64,000 nucleotides of DNA, taken from assembly GCA_965195285.1 (NCBI GenBank), contig CBDAFS010000062.1, forward strand, positions 64,001 to 128,000. Direction: 5' to 3'. This DNA is from an uncultured Aminicenantes bacterium. GTDB lineage: Bacteria > Acidobacteriota > Aminicenantia > UBA2199. The position numbers were made by a program, and so were the translations under genes. Positions 1-8,458 of the stretch are shown here, piece after piece (the first letter of the stretch is position 1; the number at the start of each line of letters is the position of its first letter). The notes beneath the pieces were generated by a model, which worked only from the letters and a program-made list of their open reading frames with translations, was not told the origin of the DNA and searched no databases.

Positions 1-513
1 CTGCTGGCAGTTGGTATAGCGGCAGTCATCTTGATATTATCCAAATGCATTAGCCCCCATGATGCCCGTAACAGTATTGACTGGAAGGTGTTGTTGGTTA
101 TCGCTTCTGCCTTTGGTATTGCAAAGGCAATGGAGAATTCCGGCTTGGCAACTTATTTGGCCAGCCAATTGATTCTTCTGAGCACCTCAACCGGGATACT
201 GGGTATGCTGGCCACTGTTTATTTCATGACCAGTATCTATACCGAAATTATAACCAATAATGCTGCCGCGGCACTGGTCTTTCCAATTGCCTATTCCGTG
301 GCCACTCAGGCTGGAATTGATCCCAGGCCCTTTCTGATCACCGTGGCCATTGCGGCTTCCGCCAGTTTTGCCACCCCGATTGGCTATCAGACCAACCTGA
401 TGGTATACGGACCGGGAGGATACCGGTTCAAGGATTTTTTAAAGATAGGCATTCCCATGAATATAATAATCGGCATATTTGCCATACTAATCATTTATAT
501 TTGGTATTACTGA
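1..513 (+). CDS. SLC13/DASS-family permease, C-terminal part (5' truncated by window edge)
   Basis: Polytopic hydrophobic protein with TEIITNNAAAAL and ASASFATPIGYQTNLMVYGPGGYRFKDF motifs; frame open from position 1. Confidence 0.85.
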   Translation: MLAVGIAAVILILSKCISPHDARNSIDWKVLLVIASAFGIAKAMENSGLATYLASQLILLSTSTGILGMLATVYFMTSIYTEIITNNAAAALVFPIAYSVATQAGIDPRPFLITVAIAASASFATPIGYQTNLMVYGPGGYRFKDFLKIGIPMNIIIGIFAILIIYIWYY

Positions 514-620
514 ATATAGTTCATACTCCCGGAAAGATAGCGGATTGCTCACCCGGAACCTCAATTGACATTATGGAAGATAAGGACTACAATAAATTCC
601 CGATTTTTAAAGGAGGCTCA

Positions 621-932
621 ATGGATTCGATGTTCGGATTAGTCATTCACCATGCCATCATGCTGCTGCTGTGTTTTTTGATTATGGCCAACCGCTATCT
701 GAATCCCAAGAGTAAATATATCACAAGTATCATTCTAAACCTGCTCATCACCATGGTTATTGTCAATCTGGGTTTGCGATACGGCATGGTCAGTGCTATC
801 ATATCAATCTTCCTGTACCTGATATATATGATTATCATGAACAAACTGATCCTCTATATTACTGGAAAAATGGATAAATCCGATACCCTGCTGGACGAAC
901 TCAAGAAAAAAATATATAAAAACGGGGACTAA
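621..932 (+). CDS. Small hypothetical membrane protein (~3 TM)
   Basis: AGGAGG RBS before ATG 621 (MDSMFG...); three hydrophobic segments and a charged tail. Confidence 0.6.
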   Translation: MDSMFGLVIHHAIMLLLCFLIMANRYLNPKSKYITSIILNLLITMVIVNLGLRYGMVSAIISIFLYLIYMIIMNKLILYITGKMDKSDTLLDELKKKIYKNGD

Positions 933-1309
933 CGTCCCTGCTTCTTATTTTTTTCCGCTTTTGAGTTTTCCTTAATCAATTTTTCAATATAGTTAATATA
1001 TTCTTCTGGAGCCGATTTGATTTTTATCCCGAGCTTATTGGCAATATTGTCTGATTGGTTTTCCGGACAAATGAGCATCCACTTGACATCACCGGTGATG
1101 TCAAAGAGCTCATCTCCGGCCGCAATAAGTATGGAAACGTCTTTTTGATCCGGAACCGAATCGGAAGTAACCAAAAGCAGGCCTCCGGCAGAAACGTTTC
1201 CGGTTAAGCCCACCTGTTCAAAATTATTGGCACTGATATTGACTAGTAAGTTTTTCTTGATTCTCTTTTCAACCCGTGGCTTGGATTGAGTATTCTTTTT
1301 TTCAGACAT
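929..1309 (-). CDS. Single-domain PilZ protein (c-di-GMP receptor)
   Basis: RxxxR (RVEKR) followed by NxSxxG (NVSAGG); GAGGA before ATG 1309. Confidence 0.8.
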   Translation of the reverse strand: MSEKKNTQSKPRVEKRIKKNLLVNISANNFEQVGLTGNVSAGGLLLVTSDSVPDQKDVSILIAAGDELFDITGDVKWMLICPENQSDNIANKLGIKIKSAPEEYINYIEKLIKENSKAEKNKKQGR

Positions 1310-1379
1310 TTTCCTCAAGACTGTAACCCAAATAAAATCAAGTTAACCCAGTTTATATAAACCTTTACTTTTAAAATTA

Positions 1380-1395
1380 TGCATATTTGATGCCA
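1380..1395 (-). promoter_or_regulatory. Sigma54 (-24/-12) promoter for the PilZ gene
   Basis: Minus strand TGGCATCAAATATGCA, i.e. GG-N10-GC, ~70 nt upstream of the start. Confidence 0.6.
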
Positions 1396-1425
1396 GACAG
1401 GAAAAAGGCTTATTAAAAAAACAGC

Positions 1426-1470
1426 AAAAAAAAAATGCCGAGAAGGCGGATAAAGCCCGTTTATCCGGCA
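1426..1470 (-). terminator. Probable intrinsic terminator after alr
   Basis: GC-rich hairpin (TGCCGGATAAA...TTTATCCG...CGGCA) followed by T10 on the minus strand. Confidence 0.55.
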
Positions 1471-1591
1471 ATAAACAATCGGACTGATATTCATTCTGGA
1501 AAACAGGCCAAAACAGGTCAAACAAAACGGGTAAATATTATACAATCCTGAACTTAAATTCATAGTTGTAGCCGTCCTGAAAACAAAAACA

Positions 1592-2716
1592 TTATTGGGA
1601 AACCACCTTTCGGGGAATGCAGGGATTAATTCGGGATAGTATTTCATAATGAATCGAACCGCTCAAGTTCGCCAGATATTCGGCATCAATCTTTTCCCCG
1701 TTCTCTATTCCGATCAGCAATACCCGGTCCCCTTCTTTTACATTTTTAATATGAGTCACTTCGGCCATCATCATATTCATGCAGATCCGTCCTCTGACCG
1801 GGGCCCTTGAATCCCTGACCAAAATAGTGGAGATATTGGACAATCGGCGATCGTAGCCATCATAATATCCAACCGGGATTACAATCATACGGGAACGGCT
1901 GAAAGTCTGATAGGTCAAACCATAGCCAATGTACCGGCCTTTTTTTATGGATCTGACCTGAGCCACTTTTGATACCCAGCTCAAAACCGGTTTTAAATCG
2001 ATTTTCTCTTTGTTTTTTTCAATGTAAGAAATATGGGTTTGCTTTGAGGGCCAGTAACCGTAGGCAGATATTCCCACGCGAACCATGTCAAAGTAAGTTT
2101 GCGGAAACAGCAGCGCAGATGCCGAACAGGAAAAGTGCCGGAGAATCTTTCGGGTTTTAACTTGAGCCCACAGTTCATTGAACAATTCCAGTTGGTGATC
2201 GGCACAGGAGTGATCGGTTGTATCTTCGATATTGGCAAAATGGGAATACAGGCCTTTGATTTCAATGCCGGTTTCATCCGGCTGGTTCAACAACTCTTTG
2301 ATCTCCGGTAACTCCATTCCCAGACGCGAGGTGCCGGTATCCATTTTCAGGTGCACCAGGGCTGTTTGCCTGACCTTGTGGGAAAATTGTCTGACCCTTT
2401 TCATATAGTCCAGGGAAGGAACCACTATTTCAAATTTCTGCTCGATTAATTCACTCAACTCCTCATCATCTGCCCAGCCGATGACCAGAATTCGCTTGGT
2501 TCCGGCCTCTTTTCTGACCTCCAGGGCTTCCGGAAGCGAATCCACCGCATAATATCCGATAAAGGGTAGATTCTTGCTCAAGCGGACAATATCTACCAAA
2601 CCGTGACCATAGGCATTGGCTTTGACCACAAACATGATATGCTTGCCACTGATCCGGTGAAAGAGAGTCAGATTGTGCTTCAAATGATCGGCATTGATTT
2701 CAATATGGGTCTTCAT
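1592..2716 (-). CDS. alr: Alanine racemase
   Basis: VVKANAYGHG PLP-lysine motif, DTGTSRLG, GYGLTY, GRICMN; ATG 2716 overlaps the manC stop (ATGA). Confidence 0.95.
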   Translation of the reverse strand: MKTHIEINADHLKHNLTLFHRISGKHIMFVVKANAYGHGLVDIVRLSKNLPFIGYYAVDSLPEALEVRKEAGTKRILVIGWADDEELSELIEQKFEIVVPSLDYMKRVRQFSHKVRQTALVHLKMDTGTSRLGMELPEIKELLNQPDETGIEIKGLYSHFANIEDTTDHSCADHQLELFNELWAQVKTRKILRHFSCSASALLFPQTYFDMVRVGISAYGYWPSKQTHISYIEKNKEKIDLKPVLSWVSKVAQVRSIKKGRYIGYGLTYQTFSRSRMIVIPVGYYDGYDRRLSNISTILVRDSRAPVRGRICMNMMMAEVTHIKNVKEGDRVLLIGIENGEKIDAEYLANLSGSIHYEILSRINPCIPRKVVSQ

Positions 2717-3765
2717 TTCAACCAATCAATGACTTCCTTCACCTGCTGCAACTGATCCATCGGAGCCACCAGGATACCATTCCGGGTATTGATCACCACC
2801 AGGTTGTCAAGCCCGATGGTGGCTATGGGCTTGTTCTCAGTTGAGAACAACAGGCAGTTATGACTGGCAATCGCCACATGGCTACCGATCTGGACATTCC
2901 CGAGGTTGTCTTTGGGATTTAATTCATAGACACTGGACCAGGCCCCTACATCACTCCATGAAAATGCCGCCTGGAACATCTTCACCTCTTTCATTTTTTC
3001 CATCAACACAAAGTCAATGGAATCGGGTTTGATGGCATTAAAAACGTTACGGAATTTCCCGGGTTGGTGAAAGGACTTCTCCAACTCATTATATACTCTT
3101 GAATAATCAAGGGCATACTCATCCAGGAATTCTTTGAAAAATTTCAGTTTATATACAAACATGCCGGAATTCCAGTAATAATTCCCCTGCTTTACATATT
3201 GTCTGGCCCGGGGGAGTTTTGGTTTTTCCTTAAATTTCTTTACCCTGAAGAAATCGGTTTCATTAAACCGGATACTTTTGGATTTATCAAAATTGATGTA
3301 TCCATATCCGATATGGGCCATGTGGGGTTTGATCCCCGAGGTAATCATCCAGCGCTGGTCGGCAAACTCCAGGGCATCAACCATCTGGGTTTTAAACATA
3401 TCCGTATCCGGAATGTAATGATCAGCGGGCACTACCAGCATATTGGCATTTTTATCAATACGGGAAAGCACAATATTTGCCAGTATCAGGCAGGGCGCGG
3501 TATTTTTGGGGGAGGGTTCGGCAATAAAATTGGACACCGGGAATTCAGGTATGGATTTCCTGGTCAGTTCCAGGTATTTTTTATCGGCCACAATATAAAT
3601 ATTGTCCGGCCGTATAAATGCCTTCAAGCGATTATAAGTCTGAAGGATCAGGGACTGCTGGCCCACGATATTGAGAAACTGTTTGGGTACTTCCTCGGTA
3701 CTGTAAGGCCAGAAACGGGTTCCCTGACCCCCGGCCATGATCAATCCGAAAGTGTTCTTCTTCAT
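2713..3765 (-). CDS. manC: Mannose-1-phosphate guanylyltransferase
   Basis: MAGGQGTRFWP...PKQFL, EPSPKNTAP, FKEKP, WNSGMF, WSDVGAW. Confidence 0.92.
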   Translation of the reverse strand: MKKNTFGLIMAGGQGTRFWPYSTEEVPKQFLNIVGQQSLILQTYNRLKAFIRPDNIYIVADKKYLELTRKSIPEFPVSNFIAEPSPKNTAPCLILANIVLSRIDKNANMLVVPADHYIPDTDMFKTQMVDALEFADQRWMITSGIKPHMAHIGYGYINFDKSKSIRFNETDFFRVKKFKEKPKLPRARQYVKQGNYYWNSGMFVYKLKFFKEFLDEYALDYSRVYNELEKSFHQPGKFRNVFNAIKPDSIDFVLMEKMKEVKMFQAAFSWSDVGAWSSVYELNPKDNLGNVQIGSHVAIASHNCLLFSTENKPIATIGLDNLVVINTRNGILVAPMDQLQQVKEVIDWLK

Positions 3766-3886
3766 CCTATCTAATTAACACAATCCCCAATAAAATACAA
3801 TATTTTTCTTCATCATGCCAATCATTCATGTCTATAAAATAAATGCCATAAAACAGGATAGAATTCTACATTTTCGAAAACATAAA

Positions 3887-3915
3887 TTGAAATTAAAATT
3901 ATAATTTCGTAGAAT
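3887..3915 (+). promoter_or_regulatory. Sigma70-type promoter
   Basis: TTGAAA-17bp-TAGAAT upstream of the 3980 ORF. Confidence 0.5.
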
Positions 3916-3979
3916 TCTAATATACGGAAATATGTGGTTTTTGTTTAAATCTTAATAACGGTGAGAAGGAGGCTGAATC

Positions 3980-4168
3980 ATGAAAGTTTGGGTATTTATT
4001 GTATTGCTGTTTTCCCTGGTGGGCCTGGCCCTGAGTATCATCAAGGGTGCCCCCATGGAATTGATGATGGTAAAAGACATCATCCTGTTGTTGATTACCC
4101 TGGGTATGCTGGTGAGGATCAGCTATAAAACCAAGCAAGGAGAGAGGGAAAAAGGCGAGAAAAAATAG
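3980..4168 (+). CDS. Small two-TM membrane protein
   Basis: AAGGAGG RBS; two hydrophobic helices and a basic tail. Confidence 0.65.
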   Translation: MKVWVFIVLLFSLVGLALSIIKGAPMELMMVKDIILLLITLGMLVRISYKTKQGEREKGEKK

Positions 4169-4211
4169 CTTCGTTTTTATTCTAAAAATTAATACTATCT
4201 TTAGGGTTATC

Positions 4212-4658
4212 ATGGATAAAAGTAGAAAACTATTTCAGTTGTGGCTCATTCCAGTCTTATTTTTAATGATATCCGGATTGATTTTTGCCGTAGAAATCAA
4301 AATCAGCAATGCCGGGGGTACAACCTTGGCCTATATCTCAGATGAAGGCCGGATCGAAAACAGCGGACGGATCACCATGGGGTATGTGAACTCCGGCGGC
4401 CGGGTTGAAAATGCCGGTCGATCCACCCTGGGATACATCGAGGATGGCCGGATCGAAAATTCGGGCTGGTCCACCATCGGATATATCAACTCGGACGGTC
4501 GATTTGAAGATGCGGGAAGATCAACCCTGGGGTATATCTCTTCGGGACGTGTAGAAAACGCCTCCCGCTCAACCGTATTGACTTTTTCCGGACCCAGTGA
4601 TAATAAAAAAATCGGAGCATACATCTTCTTCTTTAACCAGGTACTTGAAAAAAAGTAA
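4212..4658 (+). CDS. Secreted short-repeat protein (5-fold beta-flower-like)
   Basis: Signal peptide, then five 16-17 aa repeats of GRST(L/I)GYI-x2-3-GR(I/V)ENA. Confidence 0.7.
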   Translation: MDKSRKLFQLWLIPVLFLMISGLIFAVEIKISNAGGTTLAYISDEGRIENSGRITMGYVNSGGRVENAGRSTLGYIEDGRIENSGWSTIGYINSDGRFEDAGRSTLGYISSGRVENASRSTVLTFSGPSDNKKIGAYIFFFNQVLEKK

Positions 4659-4695
4659 TTTTTTTAATATTACTGAACCCGACCATTTCTCTCCT

Positions 4696-5995
4696 ATGAA
4701 CACCAATCAATTAAATCATCAATCCAAGTTAAAAAAACGCAAACCCCTGCTGGCTGCGATCCTGAGCCTCCTGTCTTTGGGACTGGGCCAGGTTTACAAC
4801 GGAGACATTTTGAAAGGAATTGTTTTAAACCTTGTTTTCTGGGCGACATTTTTCTGGTATGGCTGGTATACGGTCTCGGCCTATTTCAGCCTTCACTGCG
4901 ATCTGATATTCTTTCTGATCACAGCCGGCGGTTTCGTACTGTTAAAAATCTATTCGATCGTCCAGGCCTTTATACGGTCGCGCCGGATGGGCAAAACCTA
5001 TCAACTGAAACCGATCAACCGCTGGTATGTGTACCTTCTCTTTGTCCTGATACTGCTGATACCCCCCATTTTTTCTGAACAATGCCATTCGAAATCAGTC
5101 CCTGCGCGACACGTCATTCCCCCATCCCTTCAGATCGGAGAGCGCCAGAACGGCTTTTCTGAATCACTACGACCAGCAGGCCGGGCAGTGGCCGGTGGCG
5201 TTCGAAACCAGGATGGTTGAATCCGCATACGGAAAGACCCACGTCTGGATCAGCGGGCCGGAATCGGCTCCGCCGCTGGTACTCCTTCATGGAGGCCCTT
5301 CCAATTCGCTGCAGTGGAAAACCAATATCAAGGCTCTGTCCCGGAACTACCGGACCTTTGCCATAGACATCATTATCGGGACAGGCCGGAGCATCAACAC
5401 CGGATCCATTGAAAAAACATCCGAACTGGTCAGCTGGCTGGATCAAACCCTGGCCGGTCTGGGATTGAAAGACAATATCAACATGATGGGGCTATCCTAC
5501 GGAGGGTGGATTGCCAGCCAGTACGCGCTGGCCGGACAGAAGCGACTGAATAAAGTCATATTGATCGCACCAGCCGGAACCGTATCTCCCCTGTCCATGA
5601 AATGGATCAAGTATGCCGTGCTTTCCCTGATTCCGCATCGCCACTTTATACGGAATTTTCTGTACTGGGTTCTGCCTGACTTTTACCGTAAAGACCGATC
5701 CGAACTCGACCGGCACGTCGAGGAGTCATTTCTGGCCATGCGCTGCTTCAAACCCGCCCATCTCTTGAATCCGACCGTGTTGACTGAAGCCGATTGGAAA
5801 CAGATCAAGATACCCTTATTGTTCCTAATCGGAGAAAACGAAAGAATTTATCCCAAAAAAGCTGCACAAGTTATTAAACACCTCCATTCAATCGCCCCCC
5901 AGATCCGGACAAAAATCATACCTGACGCCGGCCATGACCTAACCTTTGTACAGGCAGCGCTGGTTAATAAAACAATACTGGAATTTTTAAAATAA
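4696..5995 (+). pseudogene. Frameshifted fusion: N-terminal membrane domain + alpha/beta hydrolase
   Basis: Frame 1 encodes KKRKPLLAAILSLLSLGLGQVYNG plus ~4 TM. Frame 2 opens at 5060 and encodes HPFRSESARTAFLNHYDQ..WPVAFETRMVES..LHGG..GLSYGG..AGHDL. Removing one base from the C6-A-T6 tract (5062-5074) joins the two frames. Confidence 0.75.
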
Positions 5996-6040
5996 GTTGC
6001 TGAATATCCTATCTGAAGCCAGTTATTTATTACAACAAAA

Positions 6041-6081
6041 TGTATGAAATACTTGACAAATTGTAATAATTATATTACTAT
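6041..6081 (+). promoter_or_regulatory. Sigma70 promoter overlapped by palindromic operator(s)
   Basis: TTGACA(6053-6058)-17-TACTAT(6076-6081); palindrome GTAATA-N4-TATTAC (6063-6078) and a related TGTATGAAATACTTGACA box; likely bound by the downstream XRE regulator. Confidence 0.7.
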
Positions 6082-6139
6082 TTGAATGAAAATGATTACT
6101 GTTGATCAAATTTTTGAAACCAAAATTTAGGAGGTTACA

Positions 6140-6601
6140 ATGACACAATTAAAAAAAAGATCTTTATGGACGCTTTTGATATGGAGCATCGCTCTGGTTG
6201 GAATGCTTGTTGTCTATTTGTCCGGAGGCGGGCCATCAACTTTTTTAGAAACTGATCGCAGGGTGGAGCTAACCCGAATATTCATTACAGCAGGATACGT
6301 ATTGTACTTCATCATGCTTATCCTGACCCGGATCCGATCCATCGATCCACTAATCAAAGATGAGCGGGATGAACAGATAGCCAGGCGGGCCTACATGACC
6401 AGTTTTTATACACTGCTGTATTACGTTTTTCTCTTCTCTCTTTTCCTATACTGGTTTTTTAAAATTCACAAAGAAACTGCAGTTATGCCTGTGGGCTGGG
6501 TATGGATCCTGGCCGTATCCTCAATGTGTGTTGGATTTATCTGCAGTTCGGCAGCTACACTGATTTATGATGCAAGAATGAGCGGACATGGCCAAAGCTG
6601 A
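6140..6601 (+). CDS. DUF2178-like membrane protein
   Basis: 4 TM with KDERDEQIARRA motif; paired with an XRE regulator. Confidence 0.75.
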   Translation: MTQLKKRSLWTLLIWSIALVGMLVVYLSGGGPSTFLETDRRVELTRIFITAGYVLYFIMLILTRIRSIDPLIKDERDEQIARRAYMTSFYTLLYYVFLFSLFLYWFFKIHKETAVMPVGWVWILAVSSMCVGFICSSAATLIYDARMSGHGQS

Positions 6602-6800
6602 AATTAAAAACAGGGTCAGGAAACTGAGATTTGAAAACGGAGAAATGTCTCAGCATGAACTCGCAGATCGTACCAGGTGTACACGTCAGACAATAATTGC
6701 ACTGGAGCAGGGCAAGTATGTACCATCACTCGCTCTGGCATTCAAGATCGCGCATGTTGTCGGTATGTCTGTGGATGAAGTGTTTGAATATCAAGAGTGA
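6588..6800 (+). CDS. XRE-family HTH transcriptional regulator
   Basis: NRVRKLR..MSQHELA...TRQTIIALEQGKYVPSLALAFKIA. Confidence 0.9.
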   Translation: MAKAEIKNRVRKLRFENGEMSQHELADRTRCTRQTIIALEQGKYVPSLALAFKIAHVVGMSVDEVFEYQE

Positions 6801-6845
6801 AGCCAGTGATGAAGCTTATTAAAATTCTTACCTTTAATGGTGCGA

Positions 6846-8399
6846 TTATTTCTCAAGGGCATTGCGGATAAAAATTTCAACATCCTTCCTGAACTTGGCA
6901 TGGGAGGACCGGCGGACATACATCATGTGTCCCGACTCGTAATAGGCCATTGTGATGTTTTTCAAGAGTTCCGGGGGCAATCCCATATGAGCCACGGTGA
7001 AATCGGCATCAAAATAGGGTGTGGCAAAATCATAATATCCGCTGGCAATCAGCACCTTGAGCCGGGGATTGAAATGCATGGCCTGTCTCAGTATCTCTGC
7101 CGTGTTGAGATAACCACTGCCGTTCGGCTTCAGCTTCCAGGGCCAGACCCGGGCCATATAGTGATAGGGCAAATCGCTTTTGTATTTGAGTTCCCGCCTG
7201 ATATAGTCGTTGAGGAGCGAAACATATGAGCCGACCACCACAGACCAGCTCTGATCGAAATCCGGTTTTTCACCGGCTGAATCCCGGTCAATTCCGGTGT
7301 AGCGGGTATCCAGGCGTCCGACCGTTTTTCCCTGATCGCGAAGCAGTTCCTTGTAAAAACGGTCATCGGTAATCCTGAGGTTGCAGTGTTCGATGAATTC
7401 TTCTGAAAGTCCGGTAAAAAGAGATAGCTTCTTTGCAATGACTTTTTTTCTCTTGGGAGACAGGCGGTTTCCTAATAACAGGGCCTGCGCATACTCATTC
7501 AGGGCAAAGTTTTCGGCCTGAGCCAGAAGTATTCTCAGTTCTCCGGACATGTCCGGCCCCAGCTTCTTATGATACCAGGCGGCCGCCGTATAGGAGGGCA
7601 GAAAAATGATATAGGCCATGTCATTGCCAATACTCCAGTCGGTATTCTGCCAGTTGAGAATGGTGGAAATGAGGACGATACCGTTCAGGAACATGCCATA
7701 CTTAGTCTGAAGGTAATCGGACAATCCGGAGACCCTGGTTGTGGCATAACTCTCACCGGCAAGAAATTTAGGTGAACTCCATCTCTGGTTCCGGGTCACA
7801 TAGAGGCGTATAAATTCTCCAACCGATTCGACATCCTTTTGAAATCCGTGGAACTGCTTGGGATCCTCTCCGGGAAGAGCCCTGCTGTATCCAGTTGAAA
7901 TCGGGTCAACAAAGACCAGATCGGTCAGATCAAGCACACAGAATGGATTGTCAACCAGCCTGCCGGGAGGCGGAAGAACCGGAAAGCCCTCTTCATCGAG
8001 CAGGGATATTTTGGGTCCGAATGCCCCCAGATGAACCCAAACCGCAGCCCCGCCCGGCCCTCCGTTGAAACAGAACATGATGGGACGACTGGATGGATCA
8101 CCCGTATTATCCCGGGTATAGGCAATAAAAAACACAGACCCCTTGGCTTTGCCGCCCTCGTTTTTGAGCAGGATATTACCGGCTGTTGCGGTATAATTCA
8201 ATGATTTTCCCTTTATAACCATTCGATGTTTGGTAACCGACGTGGTTTCCTTCCACATCCCAGGCACTTTTGTTGTCGATTTTGATTGGGCAGGAGATTT
8301 CTTTTCTTGGGGTTTGGTATCGACTCCGGAACCATGAATCGACCAAACAAACACCAACAACAACCATACAATCACACGGAAAAGTCTTTTATTTTTCAT
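6846..8399 (-). CDS. Secreted S10-family serine carboxypeptidase
   Basis: Signal peptide; FNGGPG, GESY nucleophile, GYYDFATP, YESGHMMY. Confidence 0.9.
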   Translation of the reverse strand: MKNKRLFRVIVWLLLVFVWSIHGSGVDTKPQEKKSPAQSKSTTKVPGMWKETTSVTKHRMVIKGKSLNYTATAGNILLKNEGGKAKGSVFFIAYTRDNTGDPSSRPIMFCFNGGPGGAAVWVHLGAFGPKISLLDEEGFPVLPPPGRLVDNPFCVLDLTDLVFVDPISTGYSRALPGEDPKQFHGFQKDVESVGEFIRLYVTRNQRWSSPKFLAGESYATTRVSGLSDYLQTKYGMFLNGIVLISTILNWQNTDWSIGNDMAYIIFLPSYTAAAWYHKKLGPDMSGELRILLAQAENFALNEYAQALLLGNRLSPKRKKVIAKKLSLFTGLSEEFIEHCNLRITDDRFYKELLRDQGKTVGRLDTRYTGIDRDSAGEKPDFDQSWSVVVGSYVSLLNDYIRRELKYKSDLPYHYMARVWPWKLKPNGSGYLNTAEILRQAMHFNPRLKVLIASGYYDFATPYFDADFTVAHMGLPPELLKNITMAYYESGHMMYVRRSSHAKFRKDVEIFIRNALEK

Positions 8400-8458
8400 A
8401 CTGAAATTATAGAGAACCGGGAGATCATTTTCAAGAGAGAAAGCAAAAGGTTATTCGG

